64,000 nt of DNA, taken from Amoebidium appalachense (taxonomy: Eukaryota; Protista; Ichthyosporea). Under the pieces are notes generated by a model, which was given only the letters and a program-made list of their open reading frames with translations, did not search any database and was not told the DNA's origin. Positions 32,337 through 46,926 of this stretch are shown piece by piece. The position numbers and the translations under genes are program-made. The DNA is taken from assembly GCA_963693365.1 (NCBI GenBank), contig CAVNZM010000008.1, positions 4,178,310-4,242,309 on the forward strand, in the 5' to 3' direction. Position 1 is the first letter of the stretch. Every line of letters starts with the position of its first letter.

Positions 32337-33864
32337 TTTTGGGGGGGGGGAAGGGGGAAGGGGGGGAGGGGTCCTTACGTCATCAAGAATCTGAATAACA
32401 ATTTTTTGGGCTGTTCGTACTGCCTCCCGGACACCTGTGATCTTGATCTCACGCTCAGGACCCATTTCTGTGCGTGCCCGCGTGCGCGTGCATGTGCATG
32501 TGTGTGTGTGTGTGTGTGTGTTAACATGTGTTTGTGAGCGTTCACGTATAGGTGTGTGGAAGTTTGAGTGAGTGTGAGAACCAACATCAGCAATACAACA
32601 CCTGCTTGGGTGGGAAAATGCGGGTGGGTTGAATGTCTCGTTGCCGAGTACACAGGCACTACACAATAACGTGCAAAAGGGAACACACGAATTGAACTGC
32701 CGGTGTTCTGTACGGAGTCGAGATATACTAGTTATATCTCGGCTATCTACTTGGTCATCGCTGTTGGGAAATGAAGTCCATTTTAAAAAAAATTTTTTTG
32801 GACATTCTGACCCCCGTGACCAGCACACAAGAGTCCTCCCCCTTTGTTCGATACATTAATTAAATGCGTCTGCACATCACCGCGCACTTGGATAGGTAGA
32901 TAACCGCATACACACATGCATACACCCATCGACACACCCATCCCACCTGCCTAGTAACGAACAAAAGTCGTTCAAAAACCACAAAGCGGAAATTTTACCT
33001 GGCCCAAGATTTATGCGTGAGCCCGTGTCAGCCTGAATGGCCTTGATGGTTGTGCCCTGAGGGCCCAGGATGTGGCCTACGAGGTGCGAGGGGATCATCA
33101 TCTCCACTGCATGGCCCCAAAACATAAATCCAACGTCAGAATTTGCACTATATACCCCCACCAAATTTCAACCAAACAGAACCTACGAAAGATGCAGTGG
33201 CACAACAACAACCTGCACGTCCAGGTCATATCCTTTTTTAAAACCCCCCTCCCCCCCCCCCCCCCTCTCCCCCACCAAACACCCCACCTCCTCACCCCCC
33301 CACCCTCCCTCTTACACACATAATCCCCATCTTTTCTTTATCAGGGCTTAGCTTTCCCCCCCCCCTTCCCCTCCCTCCTTTTCCTTGCAGTAACATGCAC
33401 ACAATGACACGGCTTACACCTAGCCAAATGAAACATGGCATGCCAAATACTCTAATCCGTAACAGCCCCCCCCCCCCCCCCCCCCCCCCGCCCCGCCCGT
33501 TAATACACCCACACAAACCACCAAAACCCAAACAAACAAAGAAAACAAACAAAGAAGCAAACAAACAAACGGCAACAAAAAAAAAAAAAGAACAGATAAA
33601 TTTTGCCACCACCCACCCGCCCACACCTACCGGCGGCGGCGCCAAAGGGGCTCTCCGTAAACTTCCCAGGCAGATTCTCATCAGCAACAGGTGGGCGACC
33701 GGAATTATCCCTCATCCCTGGGCCCCCAAATTCGTCCCTGTCAGGCTCGTCAATGATTGCTAGCACCATCTTCCGTGCTGTCTCAACGGCGGATTTTGGA
33801 CCGGATATGGTCACTAGTTTGGTGTCGGCATATGGGTTGATAGTCTCTTGCGCCACCTGTGAAT

Positions 33865-33911
<47 letters not shown>

Positions 33912-33938
33912 GGGGGGAGGGGGGGGGGGGGGGGAGGG

Positions 33939-34017
<79 letters not shown>

Positions 34018-34515
34018 TGGTGGTGGAGAGGTGTTGGTGGTGTTTAGAATGTGTTACAGAGTACGAAGCACATATTCATGACGAAAAGCATAAGCAGATT
34101 GCAAAGCACACAAGAGTATGCAGTATGGGACATATGTGTGCAGGAGAGGGTGTGCAAATAGCATGCTTAAAGTGTACGTTTGTGTGTGTGAGTTTGAGCG
34201 CATGTGCGTGTGATAGTGTCCGTGCATGCCATGTATACATGTGTGGAAGCACGGGGACCAACTTTTGCCATGCACGTATACCTGTGCATGTGCACGAATA
34301 CCCGTGTGTGTGTGTCGGTGTACACGTACGTAGGGGAGATGTGCGTGCGCGGGTGTGCTCCATTGAAATGCGGTGTGTGCATGTGTGTATATGTGGACAC
34401 AAACGTGGCTTTGCATACGGGTACCCAGTGGAGTGCTTTTGTGTGGACATGCACGGGTGTTCGTGTGTGTGGGTCTTGTATGCTGTGTACGTGCCTGTGT
34501 GTCAAGTCGTTCCCG

Positions 34516-34547
<32 letters not shown>

Positions 34548-34759
34548 CTCCCTCTGTGTGTGTGTGTGTGTGTGTGCGTCATTCTGTGTGTGTGTGTGGG
34601 AGTGGGGGAGCGGACAGCAAGGGGGGGGGGGGGGGGGGGGGGGGGGGGAGGAAGAGGGAGAGAGAGACAGAGAGACAATCAGACAGAGAGAGGCCGGGAT
34701 AAATAAAAAGTGAGAGAGATAGAGAGAGAGGGGGGGGGGGGGGGGGGGGGGGAGAGGGA

Positions 34760-34798
<39 letters not shown>

Positions 34799-35486
34799 TG
34801 TGTGTGTGTGTGTGTGTGTGGGAGGGAGGGGGGGGGGGGAGGGAGGAGAAGGTTGTGCCCATGAAGCAACACACACCTGAATACGCGCGCCCGACCTCTC
34901 TTCGAGTTCTCGAATCTTCTCTCCGCCCCTCCCGATGATCAGGCCGACCTTGAATTTCGGACACTCAAATTCCACACGGTCCAAACTCCCCCCACCCATG
35001 GGCCCCGGCCCACCCATCCCCATGCCCATACCACCCACTGGAGGTCCACCCATATGACGACCCCGGCCCTGAAAATTAAAAAGGAGAGGGAAAAAAAAAA
35101 AAAAAAAAAAAAACGGTGTCAGAGTTATGATTTTCATTTCGTCCCGTTGACTAGCCATGCCAAGAGGTGTGTGTGTGTGTGTGCGTGTGTGTGTGTGGTG
35201 GTGGTGGTGGGAAGGGGGGGGGTTTGAATGTGGAACACGGTACGAAGTACGCATACACGATGAGAAGCATGGTGCAGGACACATGCAAAGGCAAACATTC
35301 AGGGGGGGGGAAGGGGGGGGGGGGGGAGGGGGGGGCTCGGCAAGAGAAAAGGGCAGAGGAACAGAGGGTGCTTCGACAGGCCAAGATGCATTGATACATA
35401 CTAATTCTATTAAAACCTTGAATTGAGTCGGAGGAGTGGAGACAGGAGGGAACACAAAGAGGTGTGTGTCCACAGGTGTAAGAGGG

Positions 35487-35537
<51 letters not shown>

Positions 35538-35981
35538 CGCGCACACGCGCAAGTTTGTGTGCAAGCTGTGACATTTGCCTTTTTACAAGAACACTACCTT
35601 CGCAGGGTGCTTGTGTGTGTTTTTTGTGACTGTGTGCGGTTTTGGGGGCGGATGGGGGGGGGGGGGGGGGTTGCTTACATCACTTTCGATGACCTCTTGG
35701 ATCATTTCACGTGCTCTCTGGATGGCCGCAGGGTTGCCGTTGATGGTTACTTTCCTCATTGGTGCGTGCGGGTCTGCACGTGTGTGCGTGTACGTGTACA
35801 ATGTGTGCATGGTTGTGTGTTCATGTATGCGTGTGCGGAAGAAGCGGGCGCCCCGGGGCGTGGAAGAAAAGAGGGGGGGGGGGGGGATAGGTGAGCTCTG
35901 GGGCCTCAATCCAAACCCCCTGCACATCAGCACACGAGCATATGCACATTTACACGCGCAGATGTACGCACATGCATGCAT

Positions 35982-36018
<37 letters not shown>

Positions 36019-36130
36019 GGTCACACCGAACAGGCACACCTGCCACACAACTCATCCATCAATCAAAAATACATGGGCAACCACCGACCTCTATCGAAAC
36101 GATCCACATCCATTCTCCCCCCCCCTCCCC

Positions 36131-36161
<31 letters not shown>

Positions 36162-36520
36162 ACACACAGACCTTCCCGCCACACACCTGCCTGTGCGCCC
36201 ATAGCCCACCCCCAGCCACCCACAAATCCACCCCTCAACTACAGGCCCACCCCATGCCAACAATCCCCCCCCCCCCCCCCCCCCCCCCCACCTCCTCCAC
36301 CTCCCCCCAAAGATACTAACACACAGACACACAGACACACCACACACACACACACACACAGAGGTGCACACGACACAAAAAACACGCCATACATACATCC
36401 TAGCCCTCCCCCCCCCCCCCCCCCCCCAAAAAAAAAAAACCCCCCACAAGCACACACACACACACACATACACACACTATACACCAAGACACACACACAC
36501 ACACACACAAACCTTACGCC

Positions 36521-36557
<37 letters not shown>

Positions 36558-39202
36558 CCTTGAGAGATCTGTATTCTGGCACCAGACTGGTCCTGTAGCC
36601 TCCGAATAGTCTCGCCTCCTCGTCCAATCAAAAGCCCCGCTACATTTGAGGAAAACAAATAGATCAGAAAACGGAGCACCCTTGAGGATAATGTCGGGAG
36701 AAGGAAAGTTCACCACAATCTCAACAGCCAACTTGTTCTACAAATGTTTTACCCCCCCCCCCCCCCCCCCCCCCCCCCCCACGTCCCCCTCCCCCTGGGC
36801 ACACAGATACACAAAACCTCCGTCCCTGCCCCTCTCCAATCACAGTTTTTGATGCAAAAACATAACATCCTTCAAAGAAATACAAAAGCTAGGTATGCCC
36901 AACGTGGCCGTCATAACATTGCAACAGAATCCAAACATAAGCTCCAACAAATACTTATAATCAATCTCCAACCCCTTCCCCCAACCCCCCCCCCCTTTCC
37001 CCTCTGTGTCTAACACCACCGCCACTGTGTCATTAATCTCTACCCCCCCCCCCCTCCCCCCTTTCCTGCCTGTGCCTACCACCACTAGCCATCCCAGTAC
37101 ATACATAGAGTGTGGGATATAGTTTCGTCTCTAGGCCTTAATCACTGTGTGCCATTGAAAAACAGGCTTGACGAGCTACACATACACTAACCCCATGCAC
37201 AAAATGGCTCGGTACACTCATGAAAACAGAGTCCCTCCCACCACCCATCCCCCTACACACACACATTCACACATGCAAGCGCGCGCACACACACACACAC
37301 AGACAGACAGACACACACACACACACACAGGCACGCGCACACAGACACAGACACAGACACACATCCACACACACCCGCCCACACACACACACACATCACC
37401 CAAACCCACACCCACACTCACACACTCACACCCACCCACCCACCCACCCACACACACGTACCTACTGATGCCACTACATCCATAGTAGAAATATCTGCCA
37501 TACCACCGCCCATCCCACCGGGAAACATGCCACCACGATCCCTATCCCTGCCTCTGTCCCGATCGCGATCATAACCACGATCACGATCATAGTCACGATC
37601 ACGATCACGATCGCGGCTGCGGGACGATCGTGGGCTGCGATCACGGTCACGATCACGATCACGGTCGCGATCACGGTCCCGGTCACGATCGCGATCGCGA
37701 TCCCTGCTCCTGTCCCGATCCGAATCGCCGTGTCTCCTCCCATCGCTGTCTTCATCACTGTAGCAACACGTGACAGGGTTAAAAGATTACCTACACATAT
37801 CACCAACAGTACATGAATGTAGATGGTTCTGATGGTGCACGAACATGATGGTGGGTTTTCCTTTTACATGTGGAAACCCAATCCCAGCCCCCCCCCCTCC
37901 CCCTCATCTCCCACGACCTGCGCCCACACACCCTACACATCAACATTGATGACCATGTCTGCAAAAAACCTTCTCTCCCTGCATCCCCCCCCCCCCCCCC
38001 CCCGGAGGAAAAAAAAAAAAAAAAAAAAACACCGCCGCCACCACCACCCAACCACCCACACCCACACACATACATGAGAACACACGTGCTTTCATACATC
38101 CATTCATGTGCATAAAAACTTCATTACTACCTACGTTCCCATTCACCTGCCGGGGGGATAAAAACCTCACCAGCACACAAACCTACCCTAAATAACATAG
38201 CCCTGTTTCCATAACCAAACAGGATTCTAAAGAATTTTGAATCTAGAAAATCCAAAAGAGAATATCAAGAAGCACACAAACACAGCATACGAATGCAGCA
38301 GATTAAAAATAGTACATAAATCAATCAAATGACAGGAAACACGTGCTCACCTGAACCCGCTGTGGCTTGGAGGCCTCTGGTTGGCTGGTGGCACCGGCAT
38401 CGGTGCTGCTGATACCATGGGAATGAATACGTATTTATTTATATATTTATTTATTTTTATTTTATTTTTATTTTATTTTATTTTTTGGGGGGGGGGGGGG
38501 GGGGGGGGAAGAGGTGGTGGTGGTGGTGGTGGTGGTGGGGGATATTGGCTTTCACGAAAAGGACGGGTTTCCGTTCCGAACCCACCCGCTGCTTTATACG
38601 GTCTTCCAGACGTTACTCTCCATCTCCCCTCGTTTTAACCGATCTCGCACCCCATCCTGACCCCTTATCCCACCTACTTTGTGCCCTCCCTCCCCCCCCA
38701 CCCCTTCCCCCCCCCCCCCCCCCACCCCCTCCCCCCACCTCAAAAGGAACACACACAGAGACATCGACACGTATACACACAGGTACACAGACACACATTC
38801 ACCCTCTTCTCTCATCTACACGCACCAAAAGACATAACCCTACACATCCCCTTCTCCCCATCCTCCCCCCACCCCTTAACTTCACCCCCTTCTCCTTCCC
38901 CTTGCCCCGTCCACCCAAAGAAAGGTGGGGCGAAGAAAGAGAATGCAAGGGGGGGGAAAAAGGAAAAAGAAAAAAAGGAAAGAAGGGAAACCCCAATTCT
39001 ATGTCCCATCCACCCCCTTCCCCTCCCCCCCCCCCTCACACACACACACACACACCGGGGGCCCCTTAACCCACCGGCCGATCCTGAAGCCAGCTGGGCG
39101 GCTATCATCTGTGCCCTCTTCAGCGCCTCCGAGAAGTCTGGTCCCCCTGGCCCTGGCCCACCCTGCCCGGGGGGCTGTTTGTGGGGAAGAAAAGAAAGGG
39201 GG

Positions 39203-39239
<37 letters not shown>

Positions 39240-40313
39240 GGGGTGCAGAGGGGAGGGGGCCGGGGGGAGGGGGGTGATGGGAGGGAGTGAATTTGTGTGA
39301 GTGCACGTGCGTATTTGTTTGGTGTGAAAGGCCTGTACAAGGGTGTGCCTGGCTGTCTTTTTCTTTCTGACCACGTGGACAGATAACGTAGTTGCATGCC
39401 AAGGCAATGTTCGTGGCTACCATCCTTGTCTCTTATTGTATCAGGACAACCTGCACTTGGGAAGGCAGGCACATGTGTGTGTGTGTGATGAAAGAAACGT
39501 GCAAACGATCACACTCATAAACAGCAGCTCAAAAGACAGAACATGACTTTCCTCATTTCTCCCTCAAATCCGTGTGGAACCAACCATGAGCGTGAAAACA
39601 CAGCCTCATCTTTGCACGGAAGCCGTTCATGCAGCCCTTGCACATTGATGACATGTGGTAAACATAACCAAGGAATAAATCGCAGAACATATTCAAGAAC
39701 ACATCTGTTGGTCAAAGAGCACACGCAGCACACAAACAATGAACCAACAACTGGAAACAACACAAGATCACCCGCTTTGCTCAAAGATGCACAATACAAG
39801 CATAGAAATACAGATAACACACTCACAGACACGCGCACGCACACACGCACACACACGCACACACACACGCACGCACGTGCACGCGCACGCACACGCGCGC
39901 GCGCACCCACCCACCCACACACACCCACACACACATGCGCACACAAAAACACACGGGCACACGCCACGGTGATATGCACAAACAGGCCAGACACGGACAC
40001 CCACCTTCACCTGCACACCCTCACCGGGTGAATTCCTCTCCCCCCCCTCCCCCCCCCCCCCCCCCTCACCACCACCACCCACCTCTCCCCCAACCCCCCT
40101 CCCACTCCCCTCCTCGAACACAAAAATACGCGCAAGAGTAGAGAAATTAAAGCCACATGTTCCTCATAGAAGCACATCCCAAGACAGGTGCACATGCACG
40201 CGCAAACAAACAAGCATGGTTCGCCCAACACCACCCCACGGCAGCTGGGCAGAGAAGTGCATGTGTGCCGTGAACGTAGGGATTCCTACCGGAACAGCAT
40301 GGAAATCGGACAT
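25085..40313 (-). CDS. Multi-exon FUBP1/KHSRP/PSI-like protein with four KH domains
   Basis: Exons: [16 protein letters not shown] (~39100), [13 protein letters not shown] (~36600), [13 protein letters not shown] (~34930), [12 protein letters not shown] (~33060), GYVIGK (~31560); [10 protein letters not shown] repeats (26660, 25150); ATG 40313, stop 25085; GT-AG introns; not every exon mapped. Confidence 0.88.
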
Positions 40314-40698
40314 ATTTGCTGCAGCGTCCGAAGCCTGCGGGTAGACTCTACAAAACGCCTTTTTATAATACCTAATTGACACAAAATGTAAGGGTGTTCA
40401 GAGAAGAAAACTACTATACCTATAAATGTCCTTGTGACCTTCAACTGCAGCATGCAGCACATGGATCAATCGTCCAGCGGGGCCCGCCAAAATATAAGCA
40501 CCCTATGTCCTCCTTACCTGCACCTATACTTGAGCTATATAACAACATGATAAACACCTTTTTAAATGCTTTAACGGTTTTTTGAAGTACCAAAACAAAT
40601 TTAACGGCTTTTTAACTAGTCAAGCTCTTGCCGGGTTGTCCCAGAGCTCGAGGTTGTCGGAATGGTGGCTTTTTTCTTTTTTTCTTTCTTTTTTTCTT

Positions 40699-40789
<91 letters not shown>

Positions 40790-40888
40790 CGATTGTGCGT
40801 GCCTGCACATGTGCGTGCGTGCGTGCGTGCGTGTGTGCGTGTGCGCACGCGTGTGTGTGTGTGTGTGTGTGTGTGCACAGTGTGCCAC

Positions 40889-40955
<67 letters not shown>

Positions 40956-41068
40956 ACGGTGCGTGTACGACGTGTGTGTGTGTGCGGCTGGCACGGTGGG
41001 TGGGTGGGCCCGGGGTGGGTGAGTGGATGGGTGAGTGGGTGGGTGGGTGGGTGGGGTAGCTACCGAAG

Positions 41069-41099
<31 letters not shown>

Positions 41100-42054
41100 A
41101 GGAGTGGAGGTGGAAACCTTTTTTCTTTTGATGTTTCTTTTTGCATCACTTTGAAAGCAGAATACTAAATAAACGTTTTGCATATGATGCCGGCCGTGCT
41201 TATACTGACTCGTTGCCGCCTTCTGCGCTGGGCACTGTCTCAGCACGCGTATAGTCAAGCTTGGCCTGTAAGGTATTTGTAGGGTATTTGCCTCGTGAAG
41301 CTAGTACTAGCTGGTTTGCATGCATATGCAACCGCTAATGTAACCCATGTTTATCAAACGAGTTTTAACCTGATTCAAACATCTAGGGCACTTGCATGTT
41401 TCCGCATCGTGTATATTCCAGCCGACTCGAGGCAAGTTCACACACACCTTGTATCCGTAAGGCTTTCTCAATGGCATTGCTTGAATTGCTTCACACTCAC
41501 AATTTGATAGACGGGCAGAGTTAGCAATAGTGAAGTGACCAATGCTTTGCCCTCAGTTCAGCAAGAATGGTTGCCCTGATTGCTTTTCTTGGCCCCTGAT
41601 GTTGCTAACCGGATCATGGACACCTATCGATTACAAAACTCACTTACAACAAAGGATGCAAGTGCACAGTTGCACACGGGCACTATATTTAGGTGGTGGA
41701 CGTTTGGTTTCGTGAACCTTGCCACAGTCGTGGGCTTGTTGTCCATTTTACAAAAGGAATATAAATCTAACAGGTAAGCATCACTTCTAGTGTCGCAGTC
41801 GAGATTTAAATTAGCTGATACTGGCAGTAATAAGTTAACGACTTAGCTTTAACATGTATATGTACAACTGTTGTGATTTTAAAAGAACCAAGAGCCTGCA
41901 ACCTGACCCCCTGAGTAAACCAAAGGCATTTAAGCTACTCTATATACAACTTGGAAACACGCTATATACCATGTATTCAGCCCTCGATGAGGTGTATATA
42001 CTAATTTTGGTGAACTTCAACTGCTAGTTGCAGGAGCCAAACACAGAGCAATCA

Positions 42055-43053
42055 TCACATGCTAGCAGACACCACACCACCTTCAACAGCAAGACCACAA
42101 AGATGTTGACGTGTTGCCACATTCGAACTCACACCGAGGCGTACCATCTCTTTGGCAACCCTTCTCTGTTCCGGCGAATCCAAGAAAGAGAGAGCCTGTT
42201 GCGATGTCCAGCGATTTCCAGCTTCTAGGCACAGCATGTTGCTCAGCAGGAATACCATGTCTCCCGGGAGCTTGCTCCAACCAGAAAGCGAGCAGATGCT
42301 GGTGAAATCCGAGCTCAGTTTACGCGCTTTCACGTATTTCTGGTACTCCGGGGTGAAATCAGCCGCTGCCGCCCACGGATAGGCCCCTGTCAACATGGCA
42401 AACAGGACAACAGCACTTGCCCAGACATCTGCCTTCTTGTAATCAATCGACGGCGGTGGGATGGGTGCAAGCAACTCTGGAGCGAGATAAGGAACAGTGC
42501 CCGTGGTAAACAGGGCCGTCGTGTCGTAGTTGTCGTTTGTGCACGTAGATGCAGTCTCGAAATCAATCAACTTCAGTGTTCCGTCCTTGTCAATCACAAA
42601 GTTGTCCAGTTTTATGTCTCTGTGCACGATCTGATGTTCGTGCAGGCAGCAAATGGCAGCAAGCGCTTGGCGAAAGAGGGAGATGGCCACTTCTTGGACC
42701 AGACCGCCGCTACTTGCCAGCTCCGTCAAGTCACCGCCGCTGTGGAAAGGGTATGCAGACACAACAATACTGTTACCCTGTTTCTGCTGGGCAAGGAGGG
42801 GCGAAATGTTTGCATGGACGGGCAAGGATGGGAGATCCTTGAGCCCGTTTCGCCTGACTGTCTTGATAACGTGATGTTCACCGGTGGGCTCATGAAAAGC
42901 GAGCTCTACGTCAGAGTATACTGACATATGCAGCGTTCTAACCGTTTGGTATTCGTGTATAAGTAGAGGAGAAGGGCCACTGCTGGGGGCAACTTGTTCA
43001 CCAGAACTAGCACTGTTGCTAGCCCCATATGAAAGAGTCTCGTCGAGGCACAT
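42055..43053 (-). CDS. Intronless Ser/Thr protein kinase
   Basis: VIK, HRDIKLDN, DFE, GTVPYLAPE, DVWA motifs. Confidence 0.88.
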   Translation of the reverse strand: MCLDETLSYGASNSASSGEQVAPSSGPSPLLIHEYQTVRTLHMSVYSDVELAFHEPTGEHHVIKTVRRNGLKDLPSLPVHANISPLLAQQKQGNSIVVSAYPFHSGGDLTELASSGGLVQEVAISLFRQALAAICCLHEHQIVHRDIKLDNFVIDKDGTLKLIDFETASTCTNDNYDTTALFTTGTVPYLAPELLAPIPPPSIDYKKADVWASAVVLFAMLTGAYPWAAAADFTPEYQKYVKARKLSSDFTSICSLSGWSKLPGDMVFLLSNMLCLEAGNRWTSQQALSFLDSPEQRRVAKEMVRLGVSSNVATRQHLCGLAVEGGVVSASM

Positions 43054-45834
43054 CGTTAGGAACGCAAAGCTGAAGGAAAAGAAGAAAGAAAACTAATGGA
43101 ATAAAAAAGTACTTAACAGAACAGCCGTTCGCGATATGAACGAAAAACTTGGAACACGGGAGACTGATTGAATTCAAGCAACGGCTTCGGTGCGTGCCTC
43201 GCTGTTCCTTATCCCGTATCCCTGCTAATTAGACGTGATAGGCTATAGATCTGTATTTGCTGAGTATAAGAAATGCCAGCTTGGTGTCAAACTTTATAAC
43301 CTTGTGTTTGACCGCACTATGTTTGGTGATCTGAAGCCTAACGCGTGCTGAACCAAAGTCTGTTTTCTACACTTCTTCCCGACCACATCAAGTTGCTCAG
43401 TCTGTGCATGTATGCAAGTGTTATGTTCTGAGCTAACAATCAGTTCTCAAGTGTTTGGATCTGGTCACAGCGCTGTCAAGCAAATCTCTTACTAACTGCA
43501 GCTTGTCAGAGAATAAAGCCGCTCTGTCGCACTGCAACAAGCGAAAACGAAAATGATCATGAGAGGCTTTCCGCACGCCGCCAAATTTTCTTTCCTCGAT
43601 AATGGCGGGTGAGCAACAAAAAGAAAACACACGTGTCGTCAATGTCATCTAGACAAAGAGTGTCAAAGAGTGCCGCTTTGTTACACTCAAAAAACTGTAT
43701 GAATTAATAAAAATATGCATTTTTATTTTTCCTACCATCGTGTGGCAAGAGAATAAGTTGATGTATTTAGTTGTATAGGTATATGATGCATGCTACGTTT
43801 ACAGTTACGCTTCCCTCGTAAACATCGTAATACCCGGCTTGTTCAGCGAACCAAAATCTCTATTTACAAATGCTTAACCAGCCAGTAGAATATACTTTAT
43901 AACCATTGGATAAATAGTTTTATATCATTATTTTGTAGGTGCGAGCTCTTACGTCCAATCATAAAAACACGTGTACAATTGGTCACTTGGATTCTCACAA
44001 AGCCAATCACATATCGCCTGTTCTCCCTAGCACCTTGTGTAAACTTTCTGTACCACAACAACTTGTCTGAAACTTTAAAGCTAGATAATAAATTATCAGG
44101 TTAAGTAAATAACTTAATTATTTTTCTTCAGACCAAGCTATCTATATAAAATTAATTTATAGTTAAATTTTATGCCGTAAAACTTTTAAAGCTGCTGTTA
44201 TGCTCTTCTTGTTGTATTTTTGAAATACATTTGTCAGGAAGAATTCGACATCAAGAGGCTCACGGTGATATACCAGATCCACCAATCGCTACATAGAAGA
44301 ATATGACGTCACCACTCGCCTGAAGCCGGCCTAATTAGAGTGACACATGACGGATCCGGAACGTTCGGAACTCCCGGCGAACGGTGGGGGAGGAGGGGGG
44401 GGGGAGGAGGGGGCCAGGGGGGGGTGTACACGTGCTATTTGAGTGCATGCACTTTCGCCGTGGAAAGTGGTCCTATGCACGGGCAAACGGGGCCAGTGCC
44501 CGACCCCCTTCCGAAGCGTTTATAATGCCTTGGAGTCCGACGGTGATCACGTGTCCGACCACCACATATGCATGGTGATGTATGATTTTGCTTACTGCTC
44601 AGCTCAGAGTATATAAGTTTTGTTTGGCCCTCCAGCACGAAAAACTAGAATTGTGGCTTTATCTGATTTCATATGGTCTGGGAGCTCGGCGTATTCTTTG
44701 AGGATATAAGTTTAGCACACGCAATTTCACAATGCATTGTGTAAAGGCCCGTGGGTTAACTCACCAATTGCAAGCGCGGCAGCGCGCCTGCAGTCTATCT
44801 GTGAATACATGCCTGTGCGTGCATCAACATGGCATATGCGAGGTAACCGCTATAAATAATTAGGGTGTCCTTGTTTGCCGTACATGCCCGGTGTGGAAAT
44901 GTTACATGGACATGATATGCATGACAAAGGGAACTGCTAGGGTGCTATCAGATATTAGTGGAGCACAATCAAATTCAATCCGGTATAGCGCTGAGCGCTT
45001 ATTAGCAAGCTACTATAGCTACAGCCTGAGTTCTTTTCTCCCTCAAAAGCCTTACTGTGACCGTATCTGCGTTTTTATTATATGTCGGTACGTCACCCCC
45101 AAACGGTACGTACTGTACACACATTTGTGCGCATTAACAACTATAACGATGCATCATTCCATTAGCGATGCATTTCAATTTCGACAAAGTGGCCTGTGTT
45201 TTCGGCGTTAGGTTGGTAATGCAAACAGCCACATCTGCACGTACATACGTGTACATGCATATGTACGCGGCACGTCCGCTTCACTACAAGCGTGACTCGA
45301 GCTCGAGCTTTTCGCCCAACATTGTGGCGTATACGTCACAACACAAGTTACATACACCCGAGGTTCCAATTGGCTAAGTACTTGCAGGGAGCTACATATA
45401 CCATCTAGGTGGATGTCAAAATGTTCTACTAGAGGGGTTCATGTTCTCTCTTAGCAAAGCTCTACAGGGGGGTTTGATTGAGTAAACTAAGCTTTCTGTT
45501 CTGTATTTCAGACCAGCGCCTGGTGACGTCATGGTGCAATTGACTCAGTTTTTTTCTCGCCAGAGCCTGACTTTTTCAAGTTGTTTCAGTTTTTTTCATC
45601 TGTAGTTTCGAATGTCTTGAGGGAGCTATATATATCCCATAACACTTCTACACCCAAAATTCTCAAAGGCTTTAGGCATAGCTTGTTCTCTTATTACACA
45701 ACGAACCTGTTGAGCCCGCCACCAGGAAGAAGTCTAGTGAACGTGTCTGTGTATACCCACCCGTATGATGGTAGTGGTTTCCTGATTTTTCTGGACGATT
45801 TTCAAGAAGCAACAGCAGTAGTAAGAACAAGAAA

Positions 45835-46505
45835 ATGGTGAGTAGCGTCTGAAGTTTGTCTAAAAGTTTGTGGTGAAATAAATTTTTTTACGTAAAGTTG
45901 GGCAGGGATGATCGCGGAGGGAAGAAACCTGGAGGGGAGCAGCAGAGGGAAGGGGTTGACACGGACAGGGGGAGAGAGAGAGAGAGGCAGTGAAAGGGTG
46001 GGGGTAGATGGGTAGGGGAAGAAGGGGGGGGGGGGGGAGGGGTAGGTTGGAAGTTTTATTACATATTCACTGCTTGGGGTTTACTCGCTTGCTCCTGATA
46101 CAGTTTGCAGTTTGTTAACGTATACCACTACTGAAGCAGGACGATCAGATAAAATTTAGAAAGAAAACTCTCATAGGAAAGCTCAAGCTGTTGTTGCGGC
46201 AAGCACCCTTTGATCAATGTTTTGGGATTGAGGAGGCACACACATGCATCAGTTCATCCCTCCTTCCCTCCCCCCTTTCTCACTTCCTCCAACATCCCTC
46301 CCTCCCTCTCTTTCCCTCCCTCCCTCCCCCCCCCCCCCCCCCCCCCCCCCCCCTTCTCTGTCCCTGCCCCCTCCTCGTTCTACCCCTCTGTCTTCCTCTT
46401 ACTCTCCCTCCTTTCCCCCCCCTCTCTCCGTCTCTCTCTCTCTCTCCCTCCCTCCCTCCCTCCCTCCCTCCCTCCCTCCCTCCCTCCCTCCCTCCCTCCC
46501 TCCCT

Positions 46506-46536
<31 letters not shown>

Positions 46537-46666
46537 GCTCCCCCCCCCCCCCCCCCCCCCCCGTCTCTCTCTCTCTCTCCCCACCCCCCTCCCCCGCCCT
46601 CTTCGCCCCCGTTGCCCCGGCTTTATCCTCTGTCTGGGTGGTCCCCCCCCCTCCTTCCCCTCGACG

Positions 46667-46697
<31 letters not shown>

Positions 46698-46863
46698 ACG
46701 CACGCGCACACAAGAAAAAAGAAGAAGAATAGGGTAAACCCCACAGCCAGTTCCCCGTATCTGTCTGTCACGGCCATACACACGGGTTTTCCCTGGCAAT
46801 GATAGTCCAAAAACATATCATGCATGATTAGGTGCTCAAGTCCTGTATTCGTCCCCCCCCCCC

Positions 46864-46926
<63 letters not shown>

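Noticed and set aside
43100-45800. Microsatellite-free intergenic stretch as a possible mobile element
   Set aside because: No terminal repeats or coding motifs found by eye
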